From contig JAQBYT010000007.1 of the NCBI GenBank assembly GCA_027622665.1, positions 32,001 through 96,000 on the forward strand: DNA of 64,000 nucleotides. The letters run 5' to 3'. Of the stretch, positions 32,101 to 41,100 are shown in pieces. Source of the DNA: Verrucomicrobiota bacterium (GTDB lineage Bacteria; Verrucomicrobiota; Verrucomicrobiia; Opitutales; Seribacteraceae). Position 1 is the first letter of the stretch. Each line of letters begins with the position of its first letter. Made by a program: the position numbers and the translations under genes. The notes under the pieces were generated by a model. That model was not told the origin of the DNA. It saw only the letters and a list, made by a program, of their open reading frames with translations, and searched no databases.

Positions 32101-35100
32101 GTCCGCTACCCACACGACCATATCCATGACTGAACCTCGTTCCGTCACCGCCACTTTTCGTTATGTCGGAGACCCGGGGAACATGCCGACCATTTCGGAA
32201 TTTATGGCATCGAACGACAAGACCCTATTTTCCGCTTCGGGAGATTCGGATGACTGGATTGAGATTCACAATCCCGGAACAAATTCTATAGACTTGAGCG
32301 ATTGGTACCTGACCAACGACCCCGCCAACCGAACTATGTGGCGCTTCCCGGATGAAACCACTCTCGGCGGGAACGATCGTCTCGTTGTCTTCGCCTCGGG
32401 TTTAGGGTCAGCGGCAAACGCAGGTGGGTCGTTAACTCGCGCCTCCGACCTCCTTGCTCATTGGTCCTTCGACGAGGGAAGCGGTACGCTCGCCGCTGAC
32501 CAGAGCGGCAACAACCACGACATCACAAGCATCGGTGGGGCTACATGGACCGACGGAAAGTTCGGCAAGGCGTTTTCCTACGATGGAGGTTCGACTGCTC
32601 TGCCCTTGGCTGCACATCCTCCCGCCTCGGGGACCGAATTCTCCATATCGTTCTGGAGTTACGGTGACCCTGCAAAATTGCCGGGCAAGAATACCAGTAT
32701 CATCGAATCCAGCGGGCCGAGTGGACGTATCTTGAATATCCATTTCCCTTGGAGCAATGGCAATGTCTACTGGGACGCAGGGAATGGTGGCAGCGACCGC
32801 ATCAACACAGCCATTGCGGACAACTACCTCTGGGGAAACTGGTCGCATTGGGTATTCGTGCACAACCGGACTACGGGAGATCAGAAATATTACCTTAACG
32901 GTTCGGCAAAAATGTCAGCTTCGGGCAGAACTCGACAACTCGGGACTGTAGATCGATGGTATCTTGGATCCGACCGTAACGGAAACAGTTCCTATTGGTA
33001 CGGCAAGGTGGATGACCTTCGGGTGTACGGGGTGGAACTTTCCGGTTCCGACGTCGAGTCAATCTATCGAGAGAACCCTTGGCGTACGCATACAACCTTC
33101 AAGCTCGATGCTTCAGGGGGGTATCTCGCACTCATCAAGGGCGACGGGACAGTTGGCAAGATTGTCAACTATCCAAAACAGGAAGAGGACTACTCCTACG
33201 GCATGCCTTCCAATCAGGTTATTCCTTCGGACTCCTATCTTAAGTTGGCAACACCTGGGAAGGAGAACGAAGAGGGATTCCTCGGTTTCGTTGCAGACAC
33301 CAAGTTCAATGTAGATCGAGGATTCTTCGAAACCCCTTTCACCCTTTCAATAACTACAGCCACTTCTGGAGCCACTATTCGTTACACTACCGATGGTTCC
33401 GCTCCGTCCGCTTCTTACGGGAATGTATACGTTGCCCCCTTCGCAATCAGCACCACCACCATAGTACGGGTCATTGCCTCCAAGCCGGACTATGTTACGA
33501 CCGACGTGGATACCCAGAGTTATTTCTTTCCCGAAGATGTTATTCGCCAGTCAGCCGACGGCTTTACTCCAGTGGGATGGCCCGCCACTGGTGCAGTCAA
33601 CAACCAGCAGATGGTCTACGGTATGGATCCCGACATCGTAACTGGGTTTAATACTCCGGTGGAAGTGAAAGAAGCTCTCCTTGCTCTTCCCACGCTATCT
33701 ATTGCCACCGAGTTGGATAATTTGTTCGGGCAATCGAACGGAATCTATGTGAACGCAGGTAATGATGGTCGATCTTGGGAAAGGCCAATGTCCCTGGAAC
33801 TTATTAATCCGGATGGAAGTAAAGGATTCCAAATCGATGCAGGGATGCGAATCAGAGGCGGATACAGTCGAAGCACTAGTAATCCGAAGCATTCCTTTCG
33901 TATCTTCTTTCGTAGCGAATATGGCCAAAGTAATCTACATTACCCCATGTTCGAGGATGAGGGTGTGGAGGAGTTCGACAAGTTCGACCTGCGCACTTCG
34001 CAGAACTACTCGTGGGCCTTCGGCGGGCCCGCGAACAATACCATGGTCCGTGAGGTCTGGAGCCGCGATACCCAGTCCGCCATGGGGCACCCCTATACGC
34101 GAAGTCGCTACTATCATCTTTACCTTAACGGAGTTTATTGGGGAATCTATATGACACAAGAGCGTGTCAGCGGTACCCTCGGAGAATCCTACCTTGGCGG
34201 CGATAAGGACGACTACGACACCGTTCACCAAGACAATTCCAAGCAAATTAACGCCACGGGAGGGAATCTCGAGGCTTATGACCGCCTTTGGCAGCGAACC
34301 ATTGATGGATGGACGGACAACGATGATTATTTCCAAGCCCAAGGTCTTGATGTCGATGGCAAGGCCAGTAACCCTGACTTTGAGAACCTTCTGGATGTCG
34401 ACAACCTCATCGACTACATGCTTATTGTCTACTACAATGGCGATCGAGACGGTCCTGCCTCCCGCTACACTACTCCCCGGGTGAACAACTATTACGCCTT
34501 TTACAACAGGGCCAACCCCGATGGCTGGAAGTTTCCCGCCCACGACATGGAGCACTCTCTGGGGCGAGGCGAGAACAACATGGTCACTCCACTGGCCAGC
34601 GACCATCAAGACCGAGACGAAAAAAAGTACTTTACCGCTCACTTTCTTCACGAACAACTTACCTCCAATCAGGAATACGTTATTCGTTTTGCCGACCGCT
34701 TTTATCTGAGACATTTCAACGATGGGGTCTTGTCGGAAGAAAATGCAAAAGCCCGAATTGCGTTTCGTTCGTCCCAAATCGACAAGGCTATCATCGCAGA
34801 ATCCGCCCGCTGGGGAGACACCAAGTCCGGCATCCCAAAGAATCGCAATGACTGGGTGAACAACGTGAAAATGGTCACGAACTGGATGACGGGCCGTAAC
34901 GCCGTCGTCCTGAATCAACTACGTACTACACGGATCAACGCGAGTTCCTCCTTTTGGTACCCGAGCATCGATCCACCGGGTTTCAGTCAACACGGCGGAC
35001 AAGTGGGCTCCTCCTTCCGCCTCAGTATGGCTGATCCCAACATGGCTCCAGTCGCCATCCATTATACTCTCGACGGATCCGATCCCCGACTCGTTGGGGG

Positions 35101-38100
35101 TACCATTTCGCCTGTGGCTCAAGTGGCCCAATCCAGTGGAATACAGAACACTCTCCTGCTTGATGCCGGTGTCCCCGCCAAGGCCTTCGTACCGACGAAT
35201 GATTCATGGGGGTCCGCTTGGTACCAACCTGGTTTCGACGATTCCGCATGGCAGTCTGGGTCGTCTGGCGTGGGTTACGATACTGCGACCACTTACCGTT
35301 CTCTCTTCGGCATCGATGTTTTATCCTCTATGCTGAACAAGAACACGAGTGTGTATTGTCGGGTTCCTTTCATCGCTACCAATTCCACGGAATTCACGAA
35401 TCTTACGCTCAAGATGAAGTATGACGATGGGTTCGTTGCCTATCTCAACGGCACAAAGGTTGCTTCTGCAAATGCTCCCTCAAACCCTGCATGGAATGGG
35501 AAATCCACCTCCAGTCATAGTGATTCCGCCGCCCAGCAATACATCTCCTTCGATCTGACGCCACATCTTGCCCATTTGCGCGAAGGCGTTAACATACTGG
35601 CCGTTCACGGACTAAACGTATCGACGGATAGTTCCGACATGCTTATCGTTCCCAGGCTCGAGGCAAGCAGACTCGTGGGCGGAACGGAAATCGCCCTACC
35701 TCACCATCTTACCCATGTGAAGGCACGCACCCGCACCACTTTGGGCGAATGGAGTGCCCTCCACGAAGCGACCTTCCAAGTGGACGTCGTACCCGCCGCG
35801 GGCGACAATCTATTAATTTCAGAAATCATGTACAATCCATCCGGGACGGGAGGTTCCGAGTATGTCGAGGTTCGTAATGTAGGACCTTTCCGTATCGACC
35901 TAACTGGAGTTACCTTGGGCGGAGCCTTCGACGATTTTACCTTCGGTTCTCTTACCCTCGCTTCAGGCGAGAGCGCCGTTGTCGTCCAAGATGTCGCCGG
36001 CTTCAACGCCCGATACCTCGACCCCGTCTCTCCTTATTACGCCCCTGGCATCGTGGTGGCCGGCCAATGGCCGGAAGGCAAGTTGAACAATGGAGGAGAA
36101 ATGATCGCCTTGACCGACGTGAAGGGGGCAGATATCCTCACCTTTCAGTACGACGACGGAGGGAATTGGCCAAATCGCACCGACGGACGAGGTAGTTCGC
36201 TCATCCTGCCGAATCCTACCAGCCTTGCCGGCATGACTCTCGCCGAACGCAACGTTTATCTTGCCGACGGCGACAATTGGAAATCCTCCACGGGCTTCCA
36301 CGGGAATCCCGGCACCGCCGAAGTAACCGGCACCGGAACCCCGCCAGTTCTAATCAGCGAAATTCTCACACACACGGATTCTCCCCTTGTTGATGCTATC
36401 GAACTGCACAATCCAAGTTCCCAACCCGTCGACTTGAGTGGCTGGCGCCTCACCGAATCGTCTTCAAGTCTGCAGGGCTTTCGTATCCCCGACGGCACTG
36501 TCATTGCGCCTAGCGGTTACCTTGTTTTTGATGAAACCGACTTTAATCCCAATGGCCTTTGGAATCCCAACGCCGGGCCTCGTGGTTCCGATGAATTCGC
36601 TCTCAGCGGTGCCCGCGGTGGAGACATCTGGCTCATCGAGGCTGATGGTGCTGGCAACCTGCTTGCCTTCGTTGACCATGTTGAGTTCGGGGCTTCGTTA
36701 AACGGTGTTTCATTCGGGCGTTGGCCGAACGGTTCCGCGGGAAAACTCTATCCGATGAAGGAGCGTTCCCTCTTTGATGAAGCCACAGGTACCTACCCAC
36801 CCCAAAAACGTGGTGGTCCGAATCCCGGAGCCATGCGGGGGCAGATAATGATAAGCGAAATTATGTACAATCCACCTGACGGGAATGTGGATTTGGAGTT
36901 CGTTGAATTGTACAACTCCAGTAATTCCTCAGTATCCCTTTCGGGTTGGGATTTAGACAGGGGCGTAGATTTTACCTTTTCCGCCGGAACCTTGCTTAAG
37001 CCCGGACAATCTCTCGTGGTGGTCGGCTTCGATCTCAATGCCACCGAAAAACTTACAGCCTTCCGGCTCGCCTATGGCATCGGTCCCGAAGTTGTTCTCG
37101 TCGGAGGTTGGCAGGGCAAACTTAACAACGGAGGCGAAACCATTTCCCTCCTTCGGCCTGATGCACCGCCAGCCGACGATCCCACTTACACACCAATGGT
37201 TATTGAAGAAAGCGTCACCTATTCGAACCTTCCCCCGTGGCCCATCCAAGCTGATGGCAACGGAACTTCTCTCGTTCGCAGCAAGCGGGACAGTTGGTCG
37301 GACGATGTGCAAAGCTGGGCAAATTCAACAGGAACTCCCTCTCCGGGACCTTCGTCAAGTCTCAATAATCCGCCTACCTTTACGAGCGAATTCCCGACCG
37401 CGAAGATAGCTGTCGGAGCGTTGTTCAGCCACCGATTCGTCGCCTCTGACCCCGATGGGAATATCCTCAGCTTCTCCTCGCCTTCCACTCCCTTTTGGCT
37501 GAACTTTAGGGACGAGGCTAACGGTTCGGCCATCCTTTGGGGCAACCCGCCACCCTATGTGGTTGGGGCTCACACTGTTGTTGTTGAAGTTTCCGATGGC
37601 ATCGCGGACCCCATCGAGAAAATCTTCGTTTTGACGGTAGAGGACCAGACCTCGCCAATTCTCACATTGCGGGGGGCCGCTAACCTCGTGCACGAAGCGG
37701 GCACTCTCTATGTCGATCCCGGAGTTATTGCCGTGGATGCGGTCGACGGTGACTTGTCGACTAAGGTAAAGGTCGTCAACCCCGTGAACATAAGTAATCC
37801 GGGAACCTATGTCGTTAGTTACTCGGTGAGTGACCAAGTGGGCAATGAAGCGATGGCGCTCTCGAGAACCGTGGTCGTTGCCGATACGAAACCGCCTGTT
37901 ATGGATTTGATCGGAGGTGTCGCTCTAACGCACGAAGGAGCTATCACTTTTACCGACCCCGGAGCTTATGCCTTTGATATTCTTGATGGAAACCTCACCA
38001 CAAAGATTACCGTTACGGGTGTAGTCGATGTAAATGTCACGGGGACGTACCAGCTGACATATGGAGCTATTGATGATGCAAATAATTCGGCAACGCCTGT

Positions 38101-41100
38101 GATCCGGACGATTGCCGTGGTCGATACCACGCCCCCCATTCTAGCTCTCATAGGCTCGCCCTCCGTTCAGCTCTTTCTCGGTTCAACTTTCATTGATCCC
38201 GGAACCGTCGCAGTTGATGCTTTGGATGGCAATCTTACGAACGACGTAGTTATTTCTGGCGTGGTGGATATAGACGTAGCTGGATTCTACTCGCTTCATT
38301 ACAATGTAAACGATGCCTCGGGGAACGGAGCTCAGACGGTTTCTCGAACCGTTACAGTTGTTGGCATCCCGCCGCCTGTTATCACCTTGCGGGGCGGGGC
38401 TACAGTTGTTCTTGACGAGGGCGAACCATATGCAGAATTAGGTTTTTTCGCCGAAGATTCACTGGACGGTAATCTGACTGCGACCGTTGTGGTTGGCGGG
38501 GACACGGTGGATGCAAACCGACCCGGTTCCTATTTCGTGACCTACGACGTGATGAATTCTAGGGCAGTAGGCGCCACCGAAGCCATCCGCAAGGTGATCG
38601 TGCGTGACGTCACAGCGCCAGTTCTCACTTTGTCAGGTTCGGACGCAATCGTTCACGAGGTAGTTACCCCTTTCTTTGACCCTGGAGCCATCGCCAACGA
38701 TGTTACCGATGGAAACCTGACTGGGATCATTATTGTAGGAGGTGATATTGTGGACAGCAACCATTTAGGTCTCTACACTATCACCTACGATGCTTCCGAC
38801 AAGGCGGGCAACTTTGCCGCAACTCTAACCCGTACCGTAACGGTCAGGGATGGCGCCGCTCCCGTGGTTACCCTCCTCGGTGAGTCGAACGCCACCCATG
38901 AAGCCGGAACACCCTACCATGACTTTGGAGCAACCGCCTACGACGCCTTCAATGGAGATCTTTCCGACGCCATAAGTGTTTCAGGGGATGTCAATGCATT
39001 CCAGCCTGGACTCTATTTTCTCACCTACTCCGTTTCGGATCCGGCGGGCAACGTCGGGCAAGTCGTTAGAGTGGTTAATGTTGTCGACACCATGCCGCCC
39101 GTCCTCAAGTTGCTCGGCGAACTTAATGCGACTTTCGAGGCTGGGTTCGGTCTAGGATCCCTCGATTTCAGTGCTGTTGCTCAAGACATTTTGGATGGGA
39201 ACCTAACAGATTTAATCATCGTTTCGAGCAATGTGAATGACCATGTCCAAGGAGATTATGTTATCGGTTACTCAGTTTTCGATAAGGCGGGCAATGCTGC
39301 TCTCCCTCGGGAACGTATCGTTCGTATTAGGGATACTCTACCTCCTGTCCTTAGCATCTTTGGGGGAGAGGAGATCACCCTCCAACCAGGTTCCCTCTGG
39401 ATCGACCCCGGCGTGGCAGCCTTCGACCTTGCGGACGGCAACTTAGCCGACAATATTCTCGTTCTTGGCGCGGTGAACGTAAATAGCATCGGTGACTACG
39501 AGCTAAGCTACTCGGTCTCCGATAAAGCGGGGAACGCCGCGTTCACTCTCACTCGTCTCGTCAAGGTTCTCAGCTTGGCATCACCCGTCATTACCCTGCT
39601 CGGGCCCGATACGGTTACCCTCGACCAAGGCACTGCCTTTGTGGATCCCGGATTCATCGCCCAAGATCCGTTCGACGGCAACCTCACCCACCTTGTCCGA
39701 TCCTACGACAATCTCGACGTGAGCGTGCCCGGCATCCATCATATCGCTTATTTCGTGACCAACGCTTCCGGACTTTCCTCTGAGGAAGCTGTTCGCACGA
39801 TTATCATAAATGATCTTAATGACGCACCAGCAACCAATGGCGTCGAAGCCTTCTTCTCCCCGATACGCGAAGACATAGGAAGTGGAGCCGAAAATACCGG
39901 CGATACGGTATCCTCTCTTGTTGAAGGTATAACAGATCTCGACTCCAATGCAGTTTTCGGCTTCGCCCTTGTCGCAATCGATGATTCCAACGGTACTTGG
40001 CAATACTCTCTCGACGGAGGCAAAGCTTATTTCTCAGTCGACGACATTACTCAAGCCAACGCCCTCCTTCTACATGCAGACGATCCAAAGACTCTTCTTC
40101 GGTTCGTACCACGGAGCGAATTTTTTGGTACAGCCTCACTCACCTTCCGAGCTTGGGACCAAACCGTAGGTGCCAATGGAGAACGTTTTACTATAGTTGA
40201 AACTGGTGGTCATTCCGCATTCAGTTCGGATGTTGCTCTTGCTGCTATCAAGATCGAGCCTTCGCCTGACTCACCTTTCTTCACTACTCACCCCATTCTG
40301 CGCGGCAAGGCTCTTTCGAACTACTCCTACACTGTTACTGTCATTCATCCGGACGGCGAAGACTTCAGCCTTCATGCCGTCGCCTTGCCCCAATGGCTCT
40401 CCTTCGAGTTAAACGCAGACGGTTCAGCTACTCTTACTGGTATACCCGCGGTTGGAGACGTGGGTGCTCATGCCGTTATCCTGAAAGCTACCGATGCATC
40501 GGGCAAATTTTCGGAGCAAAGCTTTGCCATCGCCGTGTCCTCAGGCAAAGTCTTCGATCTCGAATATGGTTGGAATGGGCTCGACTGGTTCGGGCAGTTC
40601 TACGTGTCTTCCAAAACTTGGATCTACCATCCCAACCACGGTTGGCTTTTCCCCGGAGAAAAAGCAGGAAGCAATGAAGAGGGCATCTGGTTTTGGTCGG
40701 AAAGCCTTGGCTGGCACTGGACCCGCGAGGACGTGTACCCCTATCTCTATATTCGCCGCAGACAACGTTCTGCCCAAGACGTATATCGTACCGACGAACT
40801 CTTTACCGCATTTGGCTGGTTCTTTTATCAACGGGAATCTCATCACCCCCGCTTATTCTTCGACTACGAGATACACGATTGGATGGCGGAATCGCGCTTT
40901 GCTCCAGTCCTTGTAAATGCCAATCTTAACGACTCTCGCGGTGGCATTGTGACAGGTGCCGGTTATCATGGACACGGAGATGCAGTCACTCTCGTTGCCG
41001 AGGCGAATTCAGGCTATAAGTTCTTGAATTGGAATGGGGCGATACAAGGCGAATCCCCCTCCCTCACTTTTACCATTACACGAAACATTTCCCTGACTGC

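Noticed and set aside
33935..34918. 327-aa antisense ORF within the CotH region, and similar long antisense ORFs at 30695-31456, 12621-13343 and 6850-7566
   Set aside because: Explained by codon bias of the sense genes; no recognisable motifs.
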